Source: Anaeramoeba ignava BMAN
Lineage: Eukaryota > Protista > Anaeramoebae
Direction: 5' to 3'
NCBI GenBank assembly: GCA_028826165.1
Contig: JAPDFW010000147.1
Coordinates: 62,001 to 126,000 of the forward strand
Length of the DNA stretch: 64,000 nt
Part shown: positions 11,299-23,535 of the stretch, piece by piece
Position numbering within the stretch: the stretch's first letter is position 1
Layout of the letters: each line of letters starts with the position of its first letter
The notes under the pieces: generated by a model
The model's input: only the letters and a program-made list of their open reading frames with translations
The model's database searches: none
What the model was told of the DNA's origin: nothing
Translations under genes and position numbers: made by a program

Positions 11299-14200
11299 TT
11301 ATTTGCGTCTTTGATTTTTCACAATTTCAGGAAAAAGGATTTCAAACTCTTTTTCTTGTTCTTTTGTTTCTTTTTGTTTTCTATTTTTTGAATGAAAATT
11401 TGAATCATTTGGGGAATGTGAAGAATTTTTTCTTTCTAATTGAGATTCTTTATCTTTTTGAGTTTCATTTGCAGTTGAATTTGAATGATGATGAGAATGA
11501 TGATGAGAATGATGATAAGATTTGAAATAATCTTCATTTGATTTCTTTTTTTCTTCTCGATTTTCTTTTTCTTTTGGATTTTCTTTTGAATGATGATACT
11601 TTTTAAAATATTCTTCGTTTGATTTTTTATGAGGATTTTCTTTTGAATGATTTGAATCGTTTTGATTTGAATCATTTTTGTGATGGTGATGGTGATGATA
11701 ATGGTGATTATGGTCCATCTTTTCTTTTGTATCTTTGTGTTTAGAATCATCTTTATTTTTTGAAAATGAATCATGTGATTTATGAGAATTTGAATTTGAA
11801 TTTTGATCATTTAATTTTGATTGATTTTCTTGTTTTTCCTTTTGAATGTCCATATTATTTTCCTCGTTTTTTGAATTTGAATTGTGATGTGAATGAGAAC
11901 GTGAATGTGAATGAGAACGTGAATGTGATTTGTGTGATTCTTTTGAATGTGAATTTCTATGATGATAATCTTGATAACGAGAACTGTAATTATGGGATTT
12001 GTATTGATGAGAATTATATTCTGATTTTTGATCATATTTTGAGTGTGATTCTCTTGGGAATTTTCTTGGATTGTAGTCAAAACGATAAGAGGAATGATAA
12101 TAACGTCTTTGATTCAAATTATTTGGATAATAAGGATCTTCATATCGATATTCTTCTTGGAGTTGATTCCCAATTTTTTCGTCATTTGTTTTTGCTTCTA
12201 TTGTTTCTTTTGTTTGATCTTTTGAATCTGGAATTTTTGGTTCTTGTGGGTTACTTGGGATTGGATTATAAAAAGGTTGCACGTAATTATAATTAATCCC
12301 ATATGGAAATGGATATGAAGGTGCATTATATGGGAATATTCCTGGAAAATATGGTGGTTGTGTTGTTGTTGGTACTGTTGTTGATATTGTTGGTGGTGTT
12401 GGTGTTGCTCGTGGATTTCTTTTCTGTTTATCAGATATAGAAGAAGGAACAACATGCCAAGGCCTTTGTTTTGGTGGAATAAATTTTTGATTTTGATTTT
12501 GATTTTGATTTTGATTTTCAATTTGATTTTGGTTTGGATTTTGATTTTGATTTTGATTTTGATTTTGATTTTGATTTTGATTTTTAATTTGATTTTGATT
12601 TTGATTTTGATTTTGATTTTGATTTTCAATTTGATTTTGATTTTGATTTTGATTTTGATTTGGATTTGGATTTTGATTTTGATTTTGATTTTGATTTTGA
12701 TTTTGATTTTGATTTTGATTTTGATTTTGATTTTGATTTTGATTTTGATTTTGATTTTGATTTTGATTTTCAATTTGATTTTGATTTTGATTTTGATTTT
12801 GATTTTGATTTAGATTTTTATTTAGATTTTGATTTTGATTTTGATTTTGATTTTGATTTTTATTTTCGATTTTCGTTTTTATTTTCATTTTCGTTTTGAT
12901 TTTGATTTTCCTCTTTTTGTAAAAAAATTTGAATTTTCTCTCTTGTCTTTTGATCTGTAATAATATCTTCAGTAGAAATTTCCTTTTGACATTTAGGACA
13001 ATGCAAAGCAATATCATGGTCCTTAAACAGGTCGAATGCCTGAAGAGGGGTTGACAAATGGGTTCTTATACAATCATCACAAAACTTGCTTGCGCAGCAT
13101 TTAACAGTAACAGCTTGGCGAAGAATTTTGTGACATAATTGACAAGTAAATTCTTCAGGAATTTTTTCCAAGTTGATGTTTTTGTATGTTTTTATATTAT
13201 TATTAAAAGTATTTTCATCAGGCTGAAGCACAGCATATGTTCCATTTCGAAGCTTGTATGTTGTTCCTCCACTTTCTGATGGTCCATCAATTGGCTTCAG
13301 TCGATCTGCTGGTATTCCTTTTGGCAATCTGTTTCGATTTGATTTGATATCATTTCTTTGTTGTTGTTGTTGTTGTTTTTTTTCGTTTGTTTTGCTTTCT
13401 TCTCCGTTTGTTGTTTCCTTTGTTTTCTCATTTTCCGTTTCTTTTTTTTCTTCTTTTCCATCCGTTTTTATCACTTTGTGTGTTTTATCTGGAAAATAAT
13501 TAATTTTTAATGGTATCCTTTTGACCCAAACTGATGAATTTCTTGGAATTGATTCTTGATCATCAAGATATTCTAAATTTTTCCCGAATTTAAATTTTGG
13601 AATAATTTTTTTGTTTGTTTTTTTTTTTTGAGTTTTGTTTTTGTTGAAAGGAAAAAAATTGTTTTTTTTTTTTTAAAATTAGTTAAAAAGATAAATAATA
13701 ATTTTTATAAATCAAAAAAAAAAATTCAAGAAATTCTTTTTAAAATTTCAAATGAAATTTCAAATTAAATTTAAGTCAAAATTTAATCCCGAAGAGAAAA
13801 TGAATTTTAGTTTTAATTCTAATTCATTTTTAAGTTGAAATTTAAAAATAAAATTATTTTTTTTTTTTTTAAATTAAATTCTTTAAATCTTCTGTTCATC
13901 TTCTTTTAAAATTAATCCAACAAAAAAAAAATCAAAAAAACTAAGCATTTCTATTAAAATAAAATGAATTAAAATAAAATTAATATAAATTGCACAATCA
14001 TTTCTCTTCGGGAATCAAATCAAGTAAAAGAATTCTTGAATAAAAAGGAAATTGTTCAAAAAAAAAAAAAAACAATAAAGAAAAAAAAATATTTTAAATA
14101 AAAGAAAAAAAAAATATTTAAAACAAAAATAATAAAGAATTTTTTCGTTGACAAGAAAAGTAAGGAGATAAAGATAATAAAGAAGCAGAAACAAAACCTT

Positions 14201-14369
14201 GACCAGATTGTGCATTTGATATTTGAATATCTGTATTTTGTGAACTTCCTCCTCCAAATTTTGCAAGAATCGCTCTTTTTAATTCTCCAAGAGTTATTGA
14301 TGTTCTTTCATCTAATATTATTCTATCTGCTCGATTTTCGCTAACAAGTTTATATTCTATATACGACAT
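11299..14369 (-). CDS. RBBP6: RBBP6/Mpe1-like E3 ligase / polyadenylation factor (DWNN + RING, NQ- and His-rich tail)
   Basis: Exon 14369-14198 spliced to 13572 gives a DWNN domain (IEYKL...ITLGELKRAI...EYLDDQESIPRNSSVWVKRIP), then PKGIP and a RING (IPEEFTCQLCHKILRQAV..KCC..FCDDCIR...CPKC). Probable 1-nt frameshift ~12870 leads into the (NQ)n, Pro/Tyr- and His/Ser-rich C-terminus. Confidence 0.88.
12485..12860 (-). repeat. Coding (AATCAA)n repeat encoding poly-(NQ)
   Basis: (GATTTT)n on the + strand; read as NQNQ in ORF 11299-13017. Confidence 0.9.
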
Positions 14370-14419
14370 TTATAATTGAGAAAAATAATTAAAATTTCTT
14401 TTTAATTTTCTAATAAAAA

Positions 14420-14560
14420 GGAAAAAAAATGAAAAAAAAAATAAAAAAAAATTTTTTTAATTAAAAAAAAAAGGAGAAAAAAAAAATAATTTAAAGAAGA
14501 AATATTTTTTATTTTTAATTTTCTTTTTCATTTTTTTTTTTCATTTTTCATTTTTTTTTT
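14420..14560. promoter_or_regulatory. Putative bidirectional promoter with oppositely oriented TTTCATTTT (Inr-like) motifs
   Basis: AAAATGAAAA (~14426-14435) faces RBBP6; three TTTCATTTT copies (14525-14555) face ARP2; 202 bp separate the two ATGs. Confidence 0.55.
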
Positions 14561-14571
14561 AATTTTAAGAA

Positions 14572-16912
14572 ATGAATCAACCAGAACTTGCAGAAAAAGG
14601 AAATAAAAATGTTATTGTTTGTGGTAAGTTTATTTTTAATTAAAAAAAAATTTTTTTTTCTTTTTTAAAAAAAAAACTCAATTAAAAATTATTCATTTTA
14701 TTTTCTAATCATTAAGATAACGGAACTGGTTATGTAAAAGTTGGTTATGCAGGTGCAAATTTTCCTAGATATACTTATCCTTCAATGGTTGGAAGACCAG
14801 TTCTTCGATTTGAAGAAAAGGTTGAAGATGTTGAAATTAAGGTAAATAAAATAACAAAAAAAAAAAGCAAAAATAAAAATAAATATAAATATAAATATAT
14901 AAAAAAAACGGATTATGTTGACATTGATGTGTTTTTGTTTGAAATGAATAAATAGGATATTATGGTTGGAGAAGAAGCTGCCAAAGTCAGAAATATGCTT
15001 CAAATTTCTTATCCGCTTGAGAATGGAATTGTTCGAAATTGGGAAGATATGGAAATTCTTTATGACTATACTTTTGAAAAACTTCATATTGATGGTCCAA
15101 ATAATTCAATTCTTTTAACTGAAGCTCCTTTGAATCCAACTTCAAATCGAGAAAAAATGGCTGAAATAATGTTTGAGAAATATAATTTCAAATCAATTTA
15201 TATTGCAACACAAGCTCTTCTTGTTTTATATGCTCAAGGTAACTAAATTTATATTTATATTTATTTTAAATATTTAAATTTATATTTATATTTATTTATA
15301 TTTATATTTATATTTATATTTATATTTATTTTAAATATTTATATTTATTTATATTTATTTTAAATATTTAAATTTATATTTATATTTATATTTATTTTAA
15401 ATATTTATATTTATATTTATATTTTATTTATATTTATATTTATTTATATTTATATTTATTTATTTTAAATATTTATATTTATTTTAAAAATATTTGGTAT
15501 GTTTATTTTTAAATATTCTTTATATTGATTTATTTTAAATATTTATATTTATTTTAAATATTTATATTTATTTTAAATGTTTTATATTTTTATTTTTTTG
15601 CAAATTCCATATTTTATTTAAAAATATTTATATTGTTTTTTGGAAATATTTTTTTTTTATTTATTTAAATTGTTTTATATTTATTTTAAATATTTATATT
15701 TATTTTAAATATTTATATTTATATTTATATTTATTTTAAATATTTAAAATTATTTATTTTAAAATTAAAATCAAAATTTATATTTTTTATAAAATTTAAA
15801 TTAAAATTTAAAATTAAAAATTAAATTTTAAAAATATTTATTTATTTAAAATAAAATTTAAAAATAAAAATTTATATTTATAAAATTTAAAATTTTAAAA
15901 TTAAAGGTTTAAAATTGTTGTTGAAAATAAATTCCTGTTTAAAGGGTTTAAAATTAAATTCTATTAAAAAATTGATATTGCTGGTCGAAATATTAAATTT
16001 AATTAAAATTAAAATTTAAAATTAAAATTATTAAAATTAAAAATTAAAATCAAAATTAAAAATTAAAATTAAAATTAAAATTAAAATTAAAATTAAAATT
16101 AAAATTAAAATTAAAAATAAAAATAAAAATAAAATTAAAATCAAAATTCATTTATAAAATTAAAATTAAAATTAAAAATTTAGTCTTCAATAGAACTGCT
16201 GATTTTGATACTGTTGCTGAAATTAAAGAAAAATTCTGTTATGTTTGTTGTGATTTAGAACTCGAAAAAAGACTTGCTTTAGAAACAACATGTTTAATTA
16301 AACCATTTACTTTACCTGATGGAAGAGTAATTAAAATTGGTTCTGAAAGATTTGAGGCTCCAGAAATCTTATTCCAACCTGGTATTATTGATGTTGAAAG
16401 TGTTGGAGTTTCAGAAGCACTTTTCAATGTTATTCAAAGCACACCAATTGATATTCGACCAAAAGTGTGTTATAAAATTAAAATTAATATTAAAATTAAA
16501 ATTAAAAATATTAAAATTAAAAATATTAAATTTAAAATTAAAATTAAAATTAAAAATATTAAAATTAAAAATATTAAATTTAAAATAAAATTTAAAAATA
16601 TTAAAATTGATTTAGTTATATGAACATGTTGTTCTTTCTGGTGGTTCATCTATGTTCCCAGGAATTTCAACAAGACTTGAACAAGATGTCAAAGAATTAT
16701 ATTTACAAAAAGTTCTTAAAGGAGATCGATCAAGATTAAAAAGATTCGCACTTAGAATTGAAGATCCACCAAGAAGAAAACATATGGTTTTCCTTGGAGG
16801 TGCTGTTTTAGCTGATGTTCTTTCAAGAAATCCTGCTGTTTGGGTTTCTAATCAAGAATGGAAATCAAAAGGAAAAAATTCATTAAAGAAACTTGAACAA
16901 GCTTTTAAATAA
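14572..16912 (+). CDS. ARP2: Actin-related protein 2 (one internal exon eroded in this sequence)
   Basis: Exons 14572-14623, 14717-14841, 14956-15238, [degraded ~15907-16005], 16184-16464, 16616-16912. Motifs [66 protein letters not shown] are Arp2-specific. Confidence 0.93.
15245..15780. repeat. Intronic (ATTTAT)n-type array in ARP2
   Basis: Degenerate TATATT/TATTTTAAA tandem repeats following the donor at 15239. Confidence 0.85.
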
Positions 16913-17176
16913 AAAAAAATTCAAAAATTAAATTCAAAAACAAATTCCAAAATTAAATTCTTCTTTGATTTGTTTCTTCTTTTTAACTTCAACATTTTCT
17001 TTCTTCTTTTATTTTAGCTTTTTTTTTTCAGAGAAAAAATTAAAAATGGAAAATGTTCGTCTTTTTCAATTTAAATTTAAATTTAAATTTCTTAATAATC
17101 CAAAAAAAAAAACAACAATAAATTCAAATTTTCGTTTTAAAAAAAAAAGAACACATTTTCTTTTTTAAATCTTTTT

Positions 17177-18418
17177 TTAACAACAATTTTGTTTTTTTGC
17201 CTTTTGAATTCGGAGAACTTGTTGATGTTGATCATTCAGATTTTGATTTGAATTTTTATTTGAATTTTTATTTGAATTATTATTTTTGGTTCCAATTCTT
17301 GGATTTGAAGGATCTTCTTGTCTTTCAAACATTCGATTATCAAGAGTAATTATTCCGCTATTAATCGAATTTTGTTTTGGATTATTTTTATTTTTTTTAA
17401 GAAATTTCTTTGTTACATAATAAAATAATTCGTCTATATTTATTGCATCTTTTGCACTTGTTAAAAAAATTTTATATTTTTTTCCGTTTGTCATTTTCTT
17501 ATTAAAACAAACAAGAGAAAAAAAAACAAAAAAGAAGGAAAATTGATTAAGAAATTTAAAAGCGTTTTTGTTTTTTGTTTTTTTACTAATAATTCTTCTT
17601 CTGGATTATCAATTTTATGTGTAAGATCTGATTTATTTCCAGCAATTGCAATAATTGGATTTTCTGTTCCATTATTTTCAATATCTAAAAGAAAGGAATC
17701 AATTGCTTTAAAAGAAATAGGATTTGTCAAGTCAAAAACAATAATAAAAGCTTGAGCATTTCTAAAAATTCATTAAAAAATTTTTTAATTGAATTTTTTT
17801 AATTGAATTTTTTAATAAATTTTAAATCAATCAAACTTATAAATTGCTTGTGTAAAAGCCATTCTAACAGTTTTTTGTCCTGTAAAAATTTTTGTAAATT
17901 AATTTAAATTTAAAACGGAAAAAAAAAATAACACAAATTACCTCCAGTATCCCACTAAATAAATTCATAAGATAATTCCAAAAAATAAAGCATAAATATA
18001 TAGTAAATTAATTTTATTCAAAATAATTGAATTGTTTTTATTTAGAAATTTTTCGCTTTTTTCTTGTTTTTTTTTTACAATTTGTAAATTTGCTTTTTTT
18101 CCATCACAATCAATTTCTTTAAATTTCTAAAAAAAATGAGAAGGGTTTTGTTAATACTTTAATAATATTTTTAATAATATAGAAATATAAACTCACAAAA
18201 TCTACGCCGAAAGTAGGAATACTTGAAATATTAAAAGTATTATTCTGAGTTTTAAAATTTTTTTTTAATTAATTTTTATTTTAATTATTATTTTTTTTTT
18301 TTGAAATGAAAATAATTACAATATATCTATTTATAATTGAAGTTTTCCCAACTCCAGCTTCACCAAATATAATAATTTTAAAAATTTGTTGGTTAAGATC
18401 TAAATTTTCTGGATTCAT
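17177..18418 (-). CDS. Divergent Rab-family small GTPase
   Basis: Seven exons give FKIIIFGEAGVGKTS (G1), PTFGVDF (G2), WDTGGQ (G3), GNKSDL (G4), TSAK (G5) and a C-terminal CC prenylation motif. Confidence 0.9.
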
Positions 18419-18634
18419 TTTTGATATTTATATTTAAAAAGAAAAAATGAAAAAAAAAAAACAAATTTAAAAAAAAAAATAATAAAAAAGTTGATAAATT
18501 TATTACCCCTTTTCAATTCAATTTTTATTTTCAATTTTTTAAAAATTAAATTTTATTTTTTTTTTATTTTCAATTTTCTCAATCATTTTTTTATTTTTTT
18601 ATTTTTTTATTTTTATTTTAGATAATATAATATA

Positions 18635-19254
18635 ATGTTAGATAATTTATTAAATTCAAAAAAAATATCAGAACAATCAGGAAATGAAGAAACTAATCCG
18701 ATCGATGAGATCGTTGAAATACAAAAAGGATATGAATTAAGAATTTTAAAAATGAAACAAACACACAAAAAGGATTTGGATTCACTTCAACGCTCGATTG
18801 ATGAACTTAGAGGTTTTTATTCTTTTTTTATTTTAAATTCTAATTTTAAATAAAAAAACTAATCCAAAAATTCAATCATTTAGTTCAACTAAAAAAACGC
18901 AAAAAAGGAATCTCAAAACTTCAAGAACAAATGAAGATCGCTGAAGAAAACGGATCGAAATTATTTACAAAAAAAACAGAATTAGAAAACTCTATTAAAG
19001 AATTAAATGAAAAAATTGAAGAGAGAAAAGAAAAACAAGAACAACTACAAATTCTATTCAAAGAAAAAGATGAAGAAGAAAAATCATTAGGAGAATTAAC
19101 ACAAAATTTAGAAGCAAAATTACAACAAAGTTATTTAGAAAATTCAAATCAAAATCCAAATCCAAATCCAAATCCAAATCAAAATCCAAATCCAAATCAA
19201 AAATCTCCTTTAAAAAATCAAATTTCTACTTCAAATAGAAAAAATTCAAATTAA
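18635..19254 (+). CDS. Hypothetical coiled-coil protein
   Basis: Exons 18635-18811 and 18883-19254 (GT-AG intron) give a continuous E/K/Q/L-rich heptad sequence with an (NP)n tail. Confidence 0.6.
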
Positions 19255-19585
19255 GATCAAAATGATGTATAAAAAAAGAAAAACTTTATTTTTTTTCTTA
19301 TTAATTGAATTGGCAAAAAAAATAATAAATTAAACTTCAAACTGAAAAAGAAAAAAATTTTTTTTTTTAAAAAAAATGTTGTAAATTAATCATTTTTCTT
19401 TTTAAAAGAAATTCACAAGAACTAAAAATTTTTTTTTTTTTAATTTTTTTTTTCATTTTTTTTAAACAATTTATTTACAATTAACAAAAAAAAACAAACA
19501 AAGGATTATTTCTAAAATCATTTTTACATTATTTTTATTTTTTTATTTTTTTATTTTTTTTTTATTTTAGAACTTTAAATCCCTA

Positions 19586-22500
19586 ATGAAAAAAACTAAT
19601 CCAAACTGGAATTCAAATGAATTACAAATTTTATATGAAGAATACAAAAAAGACCAAAAAATTGAGAAAATAAAAGAAAGACTAAAAGAAAAAGATGAAC
19701 AAATAATAAAAGAAATATTAACAGTAACACAAACTTATTTAGAAACAGAAGGAGCAAATTTTGAAGGATTTCTATTAATAGCTCATGATTATTTTGAACA
19801 GAAAAACGAAAATGAAATTGAGAAAGCAAAATTCATTTTAGATTTTGCGACTCGTGGTCACGAAAAATTAATTTTGGCTCAACAAATGGTTCATCAATTA
19901 GAACCTTCATTATTTTCTTCCTTTCAAAAGCCCCTTCATCAATTTGATGTGAGGCGGTTCTGTATTTCTGACCTTTTTTATCCAGATATAGATGCTCCCT
20001 TTTTTCATTATAATTTACTATCTCAAATTTCTTCTTCTTTTTTCCTTTTAAATAATCAAAATCCAACTTTTTCTCTTAAAAAGTTGGAATGGCGTTTGGT
20101 ATTTTATTTTCTTCTCAAAAATACACAAACAAAAAAAATTTTTTTTGTCAAAAGCAGAAAAGTCATTTAATATTAAATATATTTTACAAATATTTTTAAA
20201 TCCAATTTTAACTATTTTATTAAATATTTTAACTATTTTAAATATAATATTAAATATAATATTAAATATATTAAATATAAAATTAAATATAATATTAAAT
20301 ACAATATTAAATATAAAATTAAATCTAATATTAAATATAATATTAAATATTATATTAAATATAAAATTAAATATAATATTAAATATAATATTAAATATAA
20401 TATTAAATATAATATTAAATATAATATTAAATATAAAATTAAATATAATTTTAAATCCAAATTTTTAAATCCAATTTTAAAATATAATATTAAATATAAT
20501 ATTAAATATAATATTAAATATAATATTAAATATAATATTAAATATAATTTTAAATCTAATTTTAAATATAATATTAAATATAATTTTAAAATCTAATTTT
20601 AAATATAATATTAAATCTAATTTTAAATATAATATTAAATATAATTTTGAATATAATATTAAATATAATATTAAATATAATATTAAATATAATATTAAAT
20701 AAATATTAAATATAATTTTAAATAAAATAATTTTTAAATATTTTATTAAATCTAATATTAAAATATATTATTAAATATATATAATATTAAAATATTAAAA
20801 ATATATTATTAAATATAATAAAAATATAAATATAATATTAAAAATATAAAATATAAAATATAATATTAAATATAATATAATATTAAATATAATATTAAAT
20901 AAATATTAAATCTAATATTTTATTAAATATATTGATAAATATAATATTAAATATAATATTAAATATAATATTAAATATATTTTTAAAATATAATTTTTAA
21001 ATATAATATTAAATATAATATTAAATAAATATAAATATATATTAAATCTAATTTTAAATATAATTTTAAATATATTAAATATAATATTATTAAATCTAAT
21101 TTTAAATATTAAAATATATTAAAAATAAATTTAAATATAATATTAAATATATTAAATATAATATTAAATATAATATAAATATAAATTAAATCTAATTTTA
21201 AATATAATATTAAATATAATATTAAATATAAAATTAAAAATTATTAAATATAATTTTAGTTAAATATAATATTAAATATAATTTTAAATATAATATTAAA
21301 TATAATATTAAAATATAATATAAATATTAAAAATATATTAAATTTTAAAATAAAATCTAATTTTAAATATAATATTAAATATAATTTTATAATTTTAAAT
21401 ATAATATTAAATATAATTTTAAAATAATATTAAATATAATTTTTAAATATAATTTTAAAATAAATTAAATATAATTTTTAAAATAATTTTAAAATAATTT
21501 TAAATATAATATTAAATATAAAATTAAAATTTTAAAAATAATATTAAATAATTTTAAAATAATTTTAAATCTATTTTTTTAAATATAATTTTAAATATAA
21601 TATTAAAAATATAATATTAAATATAATTTTAAATCTAATTTTAAAATAATTTTAAATAAATATTAAATATAATTTAAATATAAATATTAAATATAATATT
21701 AAAAATATAAAATAATATTAAATATAATAATTAAATATAATATTAAATATAATATTAAATATATTATTAAATATAATATTAAATATAATATTAAATATAA
21801 TATTAAAAATATATTTTAAATATATAAATTAAAATATAATAAATATAATATTTAAATATAATATTAAATATAAAATTAAATATTAAATAATATTAAATAT
21901 AATATTAAATATAATATTAAATATAATATTAAATATAATATTAAATATAATATTAAATCTAATTTTAAATCTAATTTTAAATATAATAAATCTATTTTTA
22001 AATATAATATTAAATATAATATTAAAATATATTTTAAATCCAATTTAAAATCCTATTTTAAATATAATATTAAATATAATATTAAATATAATATTAAATA
22101 TAATATTAAATATAATATTAAATATAAAATTAAATATAATATTAAATATAATATTAAATATAATATTAAATATAATATTAAATATAAAATTAAATATAAT
22201 TTTAAATATAATTTTAAATCTAATTTTAAATATAATATTAAATCTAATTTTAAATATAATATTAAATCTAATTTTAAATCTAATATTAAATCTATTTTTA
22301 AATCTATTTTTAAATATAATAGATAAAAAGACAACTTGGAGTTCCAATTAAATTTTCAAAAACATTAATCAATCAAACAATTGAAGAACTAAAAAAATAT
22401 CGAAACAAAGTTCGACAAAGTGTAACAAACATCAAAACCCCAATTCAAGATTTCTACGATACAAAAGGACAACAGATGATCTACCGAGATATCAAGAATT

Positions 22501-22799
22501 TAGAAATACATACAGGAACAGTACTCGAAACACAATTTACAGAGGAACAACTTTTGTACCTATTCCAACCATTAAATTCGGGCTCAATACCAAAATGGGT
22601 TCTTGGTATAGATCTTATGTCGATTAAAAAACTATCACATTTAGATTGGCTTAAACATCTTGATCCAAAATTCCTTCTTGAAATTAACAATCTTTTTTTT
22701 GATCAAAATATTGATCAGATAAACCAAGATTCCCCAAAAAATATTAAGGATTCTGAGGATTGGAAGCCTTTAGACTCTGATAATAGACGTGATTTATGA
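19586..22799 (+). CDS. LIN9: LIN9 / ALWAYS EARLY (ALY) homologue: SANT-like + DIRP + Tudor-like
   Basis: Exons 19586-20098 and 22323-22799 join in frame. PNWNSNELQILYEEYKK...TYLETEGANFEGFLLIAHDYF resembles the ALY N-terminal SANT region; RRFCISDLFYPDIDAPFF and LKKLEWRL|IKRQLGVPIKFS...ELKKYRNKVRQ match the DIRP domain; EIHTGTVL...IDLMSI matches the Tudor-like segment. Confidence 0.8.
20170..22320. repeat. Intronic 12-mer satellite (AAATATAATATT)n in LIN9
   Basis: About 2.1 kb tandem array inside intron 20099-22322. Confidence 0.95.
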
Positions 22800-23535
22800 C
22801 CCTTCTCTTCTTGAATTGGATCTTTTTCTGTTCTTCTATTGTCCATTAAGTATTTCGTTTGGTTTTTTTTCAAATCTTTTACAAATTTCCTTTAAAAATA
22901 ATTTCAAAATTTTTTTTTGTTTCATTTTTGTTTGTTGTTCTTTTTTTTTTTTTTGGAAACCAATTATTTGTTATTCAAATTTGGTTTTTTAGTTTAATAA
23001 TAGTTTTTCTGTTTTATTTTTTTTATTAAAATGGATTTCTTAAACGAATATTGAAAGTGTTTTTGTTTTTATTTTAAAAAAATGGATTGATCAAAATAAA
23101 AAAAATTTTTTTCTTTAAGGAAAATTATTCTCCTTTTAAATAAAAAAAATAAATGGAGAAAAATTAAAAAATAAATAAAAAAAATTTTCTAGAATGACGA
23201 ATCAATTTAAATTAAAGATTTAATTAGAAATCTATTTAAAATTTAAATTAAAAAATTAAATTAAAAATTTGTTTTTTTTATTTTATTTTTTTGTGATCGA
23301 TCCATTTTTTTTTAATTAATAAAAAGGCAACAAAACAAAAAAGAAAAAAAGAAAAAAATTATTTTTTTTTAATTAAATAAAAATAAAAGAAAATGAATAA
23401 AAGAAAATTAAAATTGGAAATAAAAATCGAAAAAGAAAATAAATAAGAAAAAAATTTTTATTTATTTTTCAATTTTTTACTTTTTCTTTTTGATTTTTTT
23501 TTTTACCCATTAATTTGTTTTTTACTTTTTCCACA

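Noticed and set aside
19252-19585. Possible read-through or fusion of the coiled-coil gene into LIN9 (TAA GAT CAA AAT GAT|GT ... TTTTAG|AAC TTT AAA TCC CTA ATG would be in frame)
   Set aside because: It requires ignoring an in-frame TAA. An Inr-like motif lies at ~19451, ALY-type proteins begin near the SANT region, and TAA is used as a normal stop throughout the window. RNA-seq would settle it.
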